In this document: positions 1 to 12,827 of the stretch, one piece after another | Layout: each line of letters begins with the position of its first letter | Numbering within the stretch: the stretch's first letter is position 1 | Assembly (NCBI GenBank): GCA_965655095.1 | Contig: OZ296653.1 | Span: 52,948,001-53,012,000, forward strand | Origin: Haplodiscus bocki | Lineage: Eukaryota | Length of the DNA stretch: 64,000 nt | Direction of reading: 5' to 3' | Made by a program: the position numbers and the translations under genes | Notes under the pieces: generated by a model | Told to the model about the DNA's origin: nothing | Seen by the model: only the letters and a program-made list of their open reading frames with translations | Database searches by the model: none

Positions 1-2090
1 ACATATGGCTGGACTGAACATCTCAATTTTTTTCAAAAAGTACAACATCTCATGGGTAGCAAAATAAAGCTTTCGGACTGCTCAAGCCCTCAGCCATATG
101 GGGCAGCAGAAGCAGGCAGGCAGTTCGATGAAGAAGTTGTAATCAAAACACTAATATCAATTTGTGAGCACAGTGAAGCAACCAAAAAACCGACCGTGAA
201 TGAAAATTACATACGTAACGGCGCAATGAAAAAAAACACGGACAAATGTTAACTAGTGGCAGACAGCGCGGCGGAAAAGGCTCAAGTAAACAATCAAGAT
301 TTTTCAAAAACATTTGATCAACCGTAGTTATTGTACGAAATTGAGTCACAGCGGTACAAAATCAAACTAGTGCGTAGAATTACATAGGCAAAACTTGGAT
401 CAGAAAAAAAGAGTAACACTGGGAGCAACCAGCCATTTATTGCGAATATTTCAAAAGCTGGACAATGAGCTGAGCACGGATACGCTGGAGAAAAATGACA
501 GAAAACTGTCAAAGAGAGCAAACCTGGGCTGAAAAATACGGCTTCGAACGCCATTTCTAGTCATTGAGGAAACCCCACTCTAAAAGCAGAAAAACAGTGT
601 TGGGAATTGACGTGCTATCAACCACACCAGACTGACAAGAAAAAGGTAAAACAAACAAAGAAACGTGGCCAAGAGAAAATCAAACCGAATTCCGGTCATA
701 CTTGTATCAAATTGTACCATCGCATGCGAAAGCGAAAAACATCGATGGCCATTCCGGCCAAATAATTTGTTGGTGAGAGTGGAGAATTATGCTGTAGAGA
801 AAACAAAAGTTGTACAGTGTTTGTATCTAAACAGAAAACCGAACTGCCCAAAAAAGATACGGCCAAGACAAAGAAATTGTCAGCTGAGCGAAACAAGAAT
901 TCATGACGGACTTGAACACTCTGGTAAAGGAGACAGCCCCGAACAAATTTTTTTTTGAGACAGCGGTGGGTTTTGAAACAAAAAGTTGGAAGCTCATTTC
1001 GTACGATTACTTCGGATTTCATAACCGTCTGTCAAGTCGAGTCGGAAAGAATTTTCTCGTTGACAAGCTTGTTGCACCCTCCTACATGACGGTCTAGAAC
1101 GTTCTGCCTTTTGTCACCCCATTGAGAGGAAAATATCAGAGAAATCGATCAATTTCTGATGGTTAAAGTTCCGAGAAAACACTTTGAAAAAGAGAATCAT
1201 TTGTACCGCTTTCAAAAAAACTTGTAAAAGTTTAAAAAAACTAACTATTACTAAAAAAAAACAAAATAAATGCAAAAGAACTGAGCGAAGAACTACAATT
1301 AGTTTCCAATAGAAAAATTCACAAGGAGCAATTAAAAAAAAGCCCCAAATTTTGGTAGCAGCAGATCATTTTAGTAAATGGATGCCAGCTAGAGTTTTTG
1401 CAAAACATGAAAACAAAAATGGCTGTACCATTTTGAGATAATCATAATTTTACATGCGGAACTCCGAAAACAATCCGAGTGTTTGTAGATTCTGCTTTTA
1501 GGAGCAAAGAATTTAAAGACTCTTGCACCTTATCCGCCATAAAGTTGAAATCGGGATTACGGTGAATGCATACTGCCACCGAACTAGCGGAGACATCAAT
1601 TCAAAAGCCAAAAGACGTAGAGTCTGCTTTTCTGGAGGACGGCCCCACATCAAACGAAAATACAAACCGTGCCTTAGGGGTATTGAGGTTCAAGGCACAC
1701 GCAACAAGTTACTGAGAATCACGATTAGAAAACGATTATCGTTTACAATACATCACGGACGGTACTTATGAATACTTTCAAAACAAAACCGACTGCACTA
1801 TCTAATTGAGACTATGTTTGTTTTTTTACGAAATCCGAAAAAAGTGCCATCTTACACTATGGGAAACGGGAACGGAATATAACGGACTACTTTGTGATGA
1901 CCAAAAAAGAAGCCTGTTTTGTTACAGATAAAACGGTCCGACTGGCAGAAACAACAATTTTTCTCCAAGAAAAGAATCACATAAGGAACTTCTTTGGTAG
2001 CAAATCTAAACCAATTTTACAGAAAACGATGGCCGGATCAGAAGATACTGTATTAACGGAAGAAAACCACACGCTACAATAAAGTCAAAC
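1..2090 (+). mobile_element. Highly decayed Ty3/Gypsy pol remnant (RNase H end and integrase)
   Basis: Manual translation gives integrase-core-like QILVAADHFSKWMPARVF (~1346-1400) and GTPKTIRVFVDSAFRSKEFKD (~1458-1520). Many stops and frameshifts; boundaries approximate. Confidence 0.7.
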
Positions 2091-2496
2091 ATCAAAACAT
2101 TTAAAGTTTCAGCGTGCGTTGTTGCGCAGGAAAATGGAAAGCGGGGCGACGATGGAGTTTACGGATAAATGCATTAATTCGTTTTAACTCAGCTTCAGTG
2201 AGAGGTAAAACAGTTTCATTCCACAATAAAGGGCTACAATTATAATCCCTTAAGATTCCAGGTTATGTTTTAATTTACCTGGGGCGTCGCAGGCATTTGT
2301 ACATGCGCCAATTTCAAAATGTACTAAATTTTTATTGAACAATTTTTGCACGACTTCAATTCGACTGAACTTCTTTTTCTTTATTTGAATGGAAAGTGCT
2401 CGGTAAATGTTTTTTTTCTGTCTCCTGTAGCTTTTAATTCTCTTTTACTAACCGTTCCACCTTTACACCTTTTTACACCTTTTTGTGTTTCGTCAG

Positions 2497-2677
2497 CGAT
2501 ATATACGTGGATAAGAACTTCATGTTCTACCCTGGACCCAAACCTGCACCGGAAGAGGAAGAAGATGAGATGGATCATCATAGAGTGGAGACGTACGATT
2601 TGGAGGAGTTCATGGAAGAGCCAGACTTGATCCAGAGTCACACTGGATTCGAAACATACGACTACTCTGTCGAAGTT
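2497..2677 (+). CDS. Internal exon of unidentified gene (acidic segment)
   Basis: Pyrimidine-rich acceptor ...tttcgtcag| and donor |gtacgt. Open frame DIYVDKNFMFYPGPKPAPEEEEDEMDHH...YDYSVEV, phase 2 to 0, coding-like composition. Confidence 0.6.
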
Positions 2678-2973
2678 GTACGTGTACCTTTTTACTCTGA
2701 GCAATTTCTTCAAATTTTTGTGCTCTGCGAGTATTAATCATGAACGTTTTCATGGATTCTTTTCAATCTGTCGGCCAATATCGTCAAATTTTCTCTTAAA
2801 GTAGAAAATTCCCACATACTGGTTTTCAAACCAGATCAGTCAATATTGAAAGATAAAAAGGACGAAAAGGCTGATCAGCTGAATCTATTCATCAGTTTGA
2901 TTCGGAGAATTTTGTTATTTTCTCCGATTAAAACAATGTCCTATTGAGCGGTTCAGTGTTTTAATGTTTTCAG

Positions 2974-3123
2974 GACGTTAACCCTGACCTTTTGCTAACC
3001 TTTTCGACCCCAAAGATTGATTTCCAGAAGACTGGAACCTTTCCTCGATGCAAAAATTTGACCCTTTACGAGAAAAGCATCATTCATGAATCCGCTCTGC
3101 AACCTTTAGAAGAAGCAAGACTG
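2974..3123 (+). CDS. Internal exon of the same unidentified gene
   Basis: Acceptor atgttttcag| and donor |gttagg. 150 nt, phase 0 to 0, continuing the previous exon: DVNPDLLLTFSTPKIDFQK...LEEARL. Confidence 0.5.
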
Positions 3124-3207
3124 GTTAGGAAGATTTCTCTCAAACAATCTCCGAAGTATTTTATATTGAAACTATATGAAGACTTTCTTTCTTGCTTTGC
3201 ATTTCAG

Positions 3208-3273
3208 AAACAGGGATCTATTGTTAAAAGGAAGGCCATGCAAAATAACAACACAAACTTACTCTTGACCTGA
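3208..3273 (+). CDS. Probable terminal exon of the unidentified gene
   Basis: Acceptor tttgcatttcag|, phase 0: KQGSIVKRKAMQNNNTNLLLT then TGA. Confidence 0.45.
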   Translation, partial: KQGSIVKRKAMQNNNTNLLLT

Positions 3274-5339
3274 AAAGCTGTGAAGGATTTTTTCTCGGGC
3301 GCAATTTTCAAATTCAACAGTGAGCTTCTGAAGTATTCCCAACGCAATTTTCAGTAATTTTAGGCGGAAAACGAATGAAATTTATTTTACAGAAGACACA
3401 GAAGAAGGCGCTCAAACCGGCCTTCTAAGACTGTAAACAGTGTAGGAAATTTTGCCGTTAGCTGATTTAGCTTCTCGTTGGCCGTAGTAAGCTCCATTCA
3501 GCCGCAGCACCCGTTTAAGTCTAAACACCTTCACAAAGGCAAACGAAGGCCAGGTGTCCTACACAATATTTTTCTACAGAATGTCTATCAATGATCTCAA
3601 TAGCAACAATGGGATTAGCCGCGGCGACTCATTCATTTTGCGATCTGTTCGTGCAGGGTCTCTGGTTCTTGGCTGTTCTGTTCCAAACACTGTCTTTAAT
3701 ATAAGAAATGAGATCGCCCACAAATAATCAAAAAAGTCGGTTATAAAAAGCCAGTCACCTATACGTCGACAAAAGATAACGATCAAGTTACAAATTATGT
3801 TTGAGGTACACAATCGCTTTGAAGATACAATGGACAAAACAGACGCTTGGGGTCGAGATTCAGCTCACGCTAAATGAATTTTTTTTCTATCTGATGGACT
3901 CATACTCAAGTTCTCAACGTGTTTAGTCGCAAGACCCAACTACTTATCGTTAAATCACGACTGGACAATTTCTTTTGTCTCTATCTCGGCGCAACTTTCT
4001 CAGTTCGTCGCTCTCGGTCTCTCTGGTTTTCCTTCGCTCTCGGTTTTTGTCTCCGCTGAGTCAGTGCTCTGCGTCATTTACGCATCCCCCCCCGGTAGTA
4101 GAGCCTCTTTCTAGTTCTCTTTGCCAGTGCATTTATAAAAAGTCGTCATTTTTCTGTTCTAGTGCCGCTATCGTTGTCCATTTATCACGTCATCTTAGCG
4201 GCGCTTGCGTTTGCAGCTGCGGGGACACTTTTTTGTTCGGTTTTGTGATCAGCCGGCATTAAAATATTTCTTTTGTTTAAGAAGACGAGCAACTTCTCAT
4301 TAAAAAAGCAAATAATAGCTCAAGCGGGACACTCGGTTCCTTCTGGACATATAGTGGCTGAGTGAGTTTTTACGGATCATGAAATTTTGATTAGGTATAG
4401 TTTTACGCTCAGCGTAAAAATTATCCAGCAGCGGGGCTGCACTAGGGATGACTCGAAGCGTGATAAGGAAAAAAGTTCCTATCTTAACACATAGGCCAGT
4501 AGAAATGGGGCTGGCCACGTCAGCATGTTGACTCAGAGGGTATAAAACCGACAGGCCAATAAACGGGGCCAAGGGAGAGTCACAACATTGCGAGGCCGAA
4601 CTTGTTGTAAATCGTCTTCGTGATGAAAAGTGGGTTTGAATATGTGGGGTTAGGGGTTCAGAAAGTGCCAAAACTTCCTACTTCAGAGAATGGGGCAGCA
4701 TCCTGTGGTAGAGGGTGTCAAAAAAGGTCAATTTTTCCCTGATATAGTTTAATATACCTTCCTGTGAAATATTTTGCCTTCATCCGTTGTCTTTTGAGGG
4801 GTCAATGGGGTAAAGTTAAGAATTTATCCAAAATTTTGCATATACAAAGATGTCTTCAGATTTGGGAGCCAAAAACTCGGCTTTGAAAAAAAAATATCAA
4901 AATTTTGGTCAACAGATTTGTGTATACATGTCTTGAAAGCGATTGAGCCAAAATCGAGCAATCCTGCCAAATTTAAGCAAAGCTACACTTTGCCCTTTCT
5001 TGCACCCACGGCCAGGGGTACCGGGTGTCGCCCCAAATAACCCTGGGTATAATTTCTCGTTCCCTAGTTTTCAAAAGTGAAAACCAATTGCCGCTATCTC
5101 TCTAAGTTCTCAAAAATCAAAACTTTTTCTGCTGAAAACTGGCTGGGTTCTTGTAATTTCTACTTTAATGCATTTTTTCTTCAGCGCTGGCGGCCTCAGT
5201 GTTCAGGAATTATCTTTTCAGCTTCGTTCCGCTGTTTTACGTTGATTTGTTTCACATACACATGCCCATTCTTTTCATTCCACTCGCAGTTCGTAGTCAC
5301 TTTTTTTCTGTAGCAGTTACTTCTGATTTTAAACATGAT

Positions 5340-6260
5340 GGCTTCCCTACATCCAAACAAAATTGCTGCTACTCGTCATTTTATTTTCAGGGCACCACAG
5401 GGAGCCCGACTTTGATTTTATAAATCCCGAAATCAAGGGTCATCAACAAGAGTGCACCAGAATTTTCCGGGGGCCATCAACCGTCCTTCCTTTTCATCAG
5501 CATAGGAAGGCCAAAAAGTTGCGTTTGGCCTCGCCTTTACTGGATTTCTTCACTTAACGGACTGATGCAGGAGTTTTGAGTCCTATTTAGTAAACCTGAC
5601 GCCTTGGGTGAAAGTAGCAAGGAAGTTCACCCCGTAAGGTCTGGTAGTTGGATGGCTCTGGAACGATTTGACCCCGTCGATTTGGTCCATCACGCGTTTT
5701 TGGACATGAAAGCTCTTGTTTTTAATAATCTTGTCTCAGGTGGACCGTGGTTGTCACCGACACACAATGAAACTATGAGGGACGACGAGCAACGCCTTGG
5801 TTCGCCAAGGACTGAAATTGTGGTTGATTTTGACGTCCTTGACGGCGTCACATTTGTTCAAGAGGCATTTGCGAGACCATTGCCGTTTTTTCAGCACCAT
5901 CTGGAAACCTCTCTGCTAAACTCAACTTGAAAAAATATCCTTTTTGTGGCTGTTCAACAACCAGGTATGCAATAATCATCACTCACATGTCTGCGAACAC
6001 TGTTATGACCATCGACATTGGTGTGTTTTCCGTTTTAGTTGGCTGGGAATGTATCACCCCAGCCAACTTGTCCATTTACGTCAAAGTGTTTGACAATTTA
6101 GCCTTTGGAGCTCGGAAGGAGCTGTGGAGGAAGCATCTTTTGGAGGGTGGGGTGGAACAGCTACAAGATTGCTTGATGAGTCTACACGCGGGCAACGACT
6201 TGCACAAGCATTTTGAGTAGTTCGTAGAGTACTACGACCTGTCCCTGATGCCTGTTAAGC
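5340..6260 (+). pseudogene. Decayed intronless ORF of unknown family (possibly TE or virus derived)
   Basis: GC-richer than flanks. Consecutive frameshifted ORFs 5604-5930 and 5927-6220; the reading continues past the stop (HKHFE*FVEYYDLSLMP). No motif recognised. Confidence 0.3.
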
Positions 6261-6928
6261 CCCCTGTCAGACGAATTTTTCGAAAAAAGAAAATATCTGG
6301 GCAAAAAATTGAAAAAATGTGCCAGCGAGCCGAACTATCCCTCGATTCATCCAGTACCTCCAGCTCTTGAATTTTTTCCCCGTTTTAAACGTTATTTTCT
6401 ATACTTTTTCAATTTTTTCTCTTCGAAAGTTTGTTCACACCAAAGATTGTTCAACATATTTTTGGAGAGTAATCACCGCTGTCGAAATAATTTTCCAGCG
6501 TTTTTTATGACAAACAAGGCAGTTTTGCAAGGTAATTGGAAACACGAGCGCAAAATTAGTACAGAAAAAAATTCAGTCTGTGCAGTTAGTCAGGGTCCGA
6601 GTGGCAGATTTTGTTCTTTTCGCTTGCATTTGTACTCGGTTTTGCTAGTCATTCTTCCCTGGAGTGCTCTTCGGGCCGCGTCGTGGCCGCTGACTAACCA
6701 AGTAAATAGGTCAGAACGGCCTGCTCGTCTAATATTTGTTTTATTTTTGGCGGACGCATGCGCTGGAGAAAAGAAAATCTTCTACGAACAGCTGATCATC
6801 CGTCGCTTGGAGTCTAGCTGTTTTTGGTAAATGTTGGATGTCTCTGATTTATAGTCACGACTCTTGGTTTTCGATTTTTTCCCAAGATCTTGGCGAAAAA
6901 CTTTGCCAGAAAGTCCATGATTACTTTT

Positions 6929-7128
6929 NNNNNNNNNNNNNNNNNNNNNNNNNNNNNNNNNNNNNNNNNNNNNNNNNNNNNNNNNNNNNNNNNNNNNNNN
7001 NNNNNNNNNNNNNNNNNNNNNNNNNNNNNNNNNNNNNNNNNNNNNNNNNNNNNNNNNNNNNNNNNNNNNNNNNNNNNNNNNNNNNNNNNNNNNNNNNNNN
7101 NNNNNNNNNNNNNNNNNNNNNNNNNNNN
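6929..7128. other. Assembly gap (exactly 200 N)
   Basis: Run of N. The round size suggests a scaffolding join of unknown true length. Confidence 0.98.
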
Positions 7129-7669
7129 ATAAAAAGTCCAAATTATTTACTATTTTGGGTGCTAAAACCAATCATTTTAGGTGGCAAAAACGCCAGAATA
7201 GTATTATTACACTTGAAATTTTTCCAGAAAAGTTTTTGAAAACACTAATGCAGCTCGCGGAACGGTTTTATCGGTCCAATTTCGAAAATCGTCCTTAATG
7301 TTACCCGGGTCATTAAGGCAACCCTTTTGAAAAAATGAAGCTCAAAAATATTTTTCAACCTTTTCTAGAACTCAGCCATGGATTGGAATTTGTATGCAAT
7401 GGTTCCATGTCCCATCTTTGGACATCGATGCTCCATTGAAAGCCATCGATGATTTAAATTAGGGTATATCGGTGACCATCGACTATTATCAATGGATGCT
7501 CAACCTGAACTACGATATTCAGGGATTTTCCGATACTGTACAGTGCGGATTCAGATCTGAACAGCGGTAATTTCATCAAGCGTTAGATTTTTGCGATTTG
7601 ATTCAAAAGCCAAAAAAATCTCCCCACAATTTTCGTTCCATATATTGTGTTGAAATTTTAAGAAAAAAC

Positions 7670-10505
7670 TTGGAACTCGATTGAACCGTAGTACCGCTGT
7701 TCACGAGACGGGGAACGGGCCGAGATCCACAAAAAATTATAACTCCCAAGTTAATCAAAGGGAGATTGTATTTCGGAGGCAGGCGATGGGGTTCTTCTGC
7801 AAAATATATGCACTGTATTTTTCTTCGATCAACTGAGAGGGGTATCTCGTAACTGTTGACTCTTATTTAAATAAACTGAAGAAAATGGTCGTTGGGCAGA
7901 CTTTGATTTAACTTGTTTCAGAACTTTGTGCTAAACATTTTTCTATCGTGAGTAAATACAATATTAGGAAGATAATAACAATTAACGGAATAATAATGAG
8001 TGACAAAATTATATATTTGTCTTCACGCATCAAAAAAATACTGAATAGAGACTTCAATAAGTACTTTAATACAGGTTCGAATGATAGCAACGAATCACTT
8101 TGAAGAAATTATTACAGCAACTTTACGTTGATAGTCAGAAAAAAGTCTAGTCACTGATAGAATTGGATCGCACACCAATACCACAACTCAATTCGTAAGT
8201 GAATGGGAAACTTTTGTCCCACTAGACTCTCAAACGAGTAACTTAAAAAAATCAAAAGTCCTGGACTGTTCAACAATAGCTTTTCAATACCGATTCTCAA
8301 AATTCATTTTCCCAACTTCAGTCCTGGACTCAGTTGAGGAAAAACGGCTTTAACCAAAATAGCAAATGCCCGGTGAGTCAACTCACTTTTTAGCAGCGTT
8401 TACCAACGCTTCTTTCACTTAGTTTCGTACTTTTACCGCTAGGGTTTTTTTGGCCTTACTTTTATTCGTCCGGTGAATCGTATCCAATATTTTCTGAAGA
8501 GGCTCATCAACTTTCGCTGGTTAATTCTTTGATTTCATTTCGGTACATCAATCATCAGTTTGGCAACTACTTGATTCTCACTTTCTTGACTTACATCAGA
8601 TATGATTATTCAACGTTGGTCGTATCAACTGGCTAAACGGGTGTCTTAAATGTGACTAAGAAAATTCTTCTTCGTTTCCGTTCGTATATGTCACTATTCT
8701 GATTGACAATTGACTATTCCTTCGGGTGATGTGTCAGCTCTTTCATTTGTCACGCTTCGTCAAGTACTTCCGAAACAGGCGATTGAATTGTCATTCTTAA
8801 GCATTACCAACAAATTATTCATGCAAAAACAAATGTCCCCAAAACGGTGTAATTTCTGTGTAAACTTCGTAATAAATTGTGTCAACCATAAACGCTGGGG
8901 AAACAAAATGAGCACACCCTCACGCGCGGTTCTTAACGTATTTTTAGCAAGATATATTTTTTTATTTTTATTTTCGATATTCACAATCCAAAAAAGCGAT
9001 TTTCTTTAAGTAATCAAACTTCCGTTCCCAAAAAGTCATTTTCTGAGCCATTTGAGGTCCTTTTTCTTAACGTATAAATTGTTTTCTAGAGCGGGGTGGT
9101 TATTTGCTCTTAACAGAATCAAACAGCAGTATTTTAACGAATTGTTGATTTCTCTGATTTGTCTCAACAGAAATTCATTCAGTTTCTCGCAAAGTCTCAT
9201 TTTTGGCCGCTTTCGACTATTGAGGGGCAGCTTTAATGACGATTTTCTTAACATACTGGCAAATTTTCAAAAACTCTCTGGTCAGTTTCCTAGAAGACGT
9301 TGTTAGGAACCTTTTGTCAAAATAAGAGTTTTCTATTTTCGGAAAAGTGATGGGGGGTAGCCATTCTAAAATCCACCTTTTTCAAAGTCAGCGATTTTTG
9401 CTAGTTGTAAATTAGCGGGTCGGCCATTTGTACTTTGTTACGTTTTTTATTATTATTTTCATTTTAATGAGTTTTAGACTTTCATTTGATATTTTTTCGG
9501 TTGAATTCTGTTGGCTAGTCGTTGACAATTAGGCAAAAGAAACACAATTTTTGGCGATTGTAGACTGATTGGGGCGTTTTTTGGCGACTTCTTCCCTAGT
9601 TCTCTATAAGGAGTTAATTTATTCAATTCATCTTTTCAGCCACAACAGTTCATCTACATATATTCCGTCTAACTATTTCGAGCTTTTTTGTTGCGTGATT
9701 TGCTCGGAAAAAACTTTTAATTGAACTCAATTCACCAGTTTCTGCACTGTTTATTTCATTTTCGACAAATTTTCACTATCTCAATTTCGTGCGATTTTGC
9801 TCATATTCCAAATATAAGCTTTCCTGCAGATGTAGTTTACAATGGTGAATTTTATTTGTCGCCATCTTTGCAATCTTAGGGAATTTTTGATAAAAACGTT
9901 GAGATCTATTTAAAAAAGGTTTGATTTTTGGGAGCGGCAATGTAAATTTGCTAATACGTGGGGTGGCGGCCGTGGGCGTGGTCAGAACTTTTTCAAATTT
10001 CATTTAATTTGTAATTTTTTTACTTGCAACAAATTGTTTCTCTCCGCTTTCACTTTTATGAACTTCTGAACTTGCAATTGAACTGAGACCTCACCATTTT
10101 ACTTTTTCCACTGACCGTAAGGCTTTACGTTTTTATTTTTCGACTACCCATAACCTTTCACTCGCAACGAAAGTCACCCAACATGTTTTTAATGGAATGT
10201 TGTTGTCAATGGTGAAAACCGTTTTGCTGTATACATCACAGTCTTTGAGTAAAATGACGTTAAAGTTCGGGCTCGAATTGGGGCTAATTTAGTTTTTTTT
10301 TGCTGCGATTACTATGCTATGTTAATACGCGTGCCAGGGTTGCTCCAAAAAAAATAAAACTTGCAGCACGGATTGTTTTCATTGCAACGTAAAGTTTATT
10401 GAGTTCGATATTTGTTTTTCACCTGTCTTCCTTTCTGCTAAATTTTACACAATTCACGTGCACTAACGTAACAAATACAGTATTGAAAAAATGGCAAAAA
10501 TCATG
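7670..10505 (+). repeat. ~2.9 kb dispersed repeat, copy A
   Basis: Colinear with 30132-33150 throughout. Shared blocks include gccgagatccacaaaaaa, gttcttctgcaaa, gtcactattctgattgacaa, ggcggccgtg.gcgtggtc and ttcacgtgcact...aaaatggcaaa. Confidence 0.9.
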
Positions 10506-12827
10506 GAAGTAGAATCTAAACGCAAACTTTCTTATTACTATACTTTCAAAACACGTTGTTCAAATGTTTTGGAGCTAATGCAAAGATTTTTGAATCTGTC
10601 CCTATGAGTCTCATCATAAATCAGCCTTCAATTATTAATGGAAATTGGCCAGTTTTATTACTGTTTCCGACGCTAATTTTACTGTAAACTCCCCCGTAAT
10701 CCCGCGTATCTTGGCTAGTCGTAATGTAGAGCCTACGGGTGTATTGAAAAATTTCTCAGGTTGTCCTAATTCAACTTCGGAGCATAAGAAAAACATCCTT
10801 TCACGTCCCCTAACCTTTTTTTGGGAATATCCTCAACATACCGTTACCCGCAACTTTCTAAATTCTATCCCAGCCGATATGGATTTCCGCGACTGTTAAT
10901 CCCCATATCGTTTCATTGATCAACTAATTACTATTTGCATAGGACTAATAACGAAAGTCCCGTGATTCACATTCACTTATATGGAAATTGGAGTCGACGC
11001 TTGTTGCGCTCTACTAAACAAAAGACTGAATGTTGGGTGTGCTTCTACTTCATCTACCGGTACTCACTCCTTTGAATGTTGTTTTCACCCCCTGCAAGTT
11101 TCATAGAATTAAAACAGCGCGGTCCGCGTGACGTAAGGCGAATTTTTTCAAATTTTACTATTCAACGCCACGGCGATTTGATTGTTATTCCGCATCTGCT
11201 TGCTCATGCCGTTTCAACTTTGGACACTGGTTCACCAACAATTTTATGAGGATGGGACACCGCTACTGTTTCAAATCAGCAAATTGATATTCAAATTTTG
11301 GTTGAGTATACTTTAGTGTGCGTCATGGTAGGTGGCTCGAAAATTTCCTTAAAAAAGGTTTATCAGCCTTTACAATAACGGGTGTTTTATCCCGCGACCG
11401 GCCCTTAAGAGAATAGGGAAAGGTTACAAAAACTTTAGAAATATTGGGAACAGCATAGTGCGGACTTTCTAAACACGTTATCTATCGAGGGGCCTGTCAG
11501 TAAGAAAAAGGTAAATCGACGTGCGCCTATTCAAACAAAAGATTTTCGTTCTACACATTCGTCTCACTCTTCACAACAATTTATCGTCAACATTATTGTT
11601 TTTTTCTATTCTCCCCTCTGACTATCAACGTAAGCAGATTTTAATTTTAAAGTAATCCAAAAGAAATAATCAGTAAAGATCTTTTTAAATACGGATTTTG
11701 TATATTTCGAGTAATAAAGTCATAATACGCTCTTTTTTGTTTCAATATTTTCGGTTTCCATTAACAACTCCACATATTGTGGGAATTCAGATTTTTGGGA
11801 AATTCTTCAAAATTTTTCACTCTTCCGAGGATTGTACGTGAAAATTGCGAACAATTCAAGGACGTAAATTTCTCAAAAAGAAAGTTCATTTCGAAAAGTC
11901 ACCGAGATGAAATCATCCTGGAAATGTCACTTCAGATGTAAAATTGGGACGTGTGCGACTTTTCAATTAAAGAAAGGGAATGAAACAAATTTTCTCCAAA
12001 ATCAAACAACGATCCATCGCAAAAGACTCGGCTAAAGTTGCATCAAATCTGCATATAATTATATTCACTGTTAATTACAAGGAATTCGAGGTGGATTGGA
12101 ATTTGTCCGATGAAGCACTGAATAACTTTCGGCAATCCAAATGTTCGTCGTGAATAATTTTCAGTGTGCATGTTTTGGAATTTTTCAAGACCAGTTATGG
12201 AATTTACGGCAATCCTTGACAAACAAATAGGCTTCGATAAATAAAAATTTATCAATCAAAAGTTTCCCTTAAGTTCAGAAGGTTGTCTATTGATCCTCTG
12301 ACCTTGTGAAGAAGCACTCATGATAATGAATGAAGCACATGCACGTCTCATACTTTCTTTCCGAAAGAGGGGTCCCGTTGTGAAGATTGGCTTTATGACG
12401 GATCCCCGCGTAAATCAAAATCATCAACATCATTTTTTTCAAAAATATGTAATCACAAGAAAGCAAAATTGAAAATTGAAAGGAGTTGATTCAAAAATCA
12501 AAATAAAACGAAAAATTCGAGGAAAATTAGTTGCCAATCGTGGCAGTTCTGTGCAATTGAATTGTTAATAAATGCACGAAAATTTAATTTCAGAATTACT
12601 TTACCGAATGGAGTGCACACTTTAGCAGTTTAGCGAAACACGACATTTTTCACGCTTTGTGGGACCAAGTTTCTAATGTGACCAACAAAACATTACCTTT
12701 GCCGGTTATGAAAATCTGATTTTTTCGTCCCAAACAAAACAAGAGATTTCATCCCCCTCCACCCTACGAAGTTTTTGGCCAAATAATATCAAAAAGTACT
12801 GTTAACCCCTTCTGTGGTATCCAAATT

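Noticed and set aside
2497-2677. This exon as the N-terminus of the pLGIC
   Set aside because: It splices in phase to nearby exons ending in a stop at 3273, shows no pLGIC motifs, and lies across an assembly gap.
3900-4700. CpG-richer block as a promoter or gene
   Set aside because: No recognisable protein, splice pattern or second copy in the window; cannot be assigned.
6782-7239. ORFs spanning the N run
   Set aside because: Artefacts of translating N bases.
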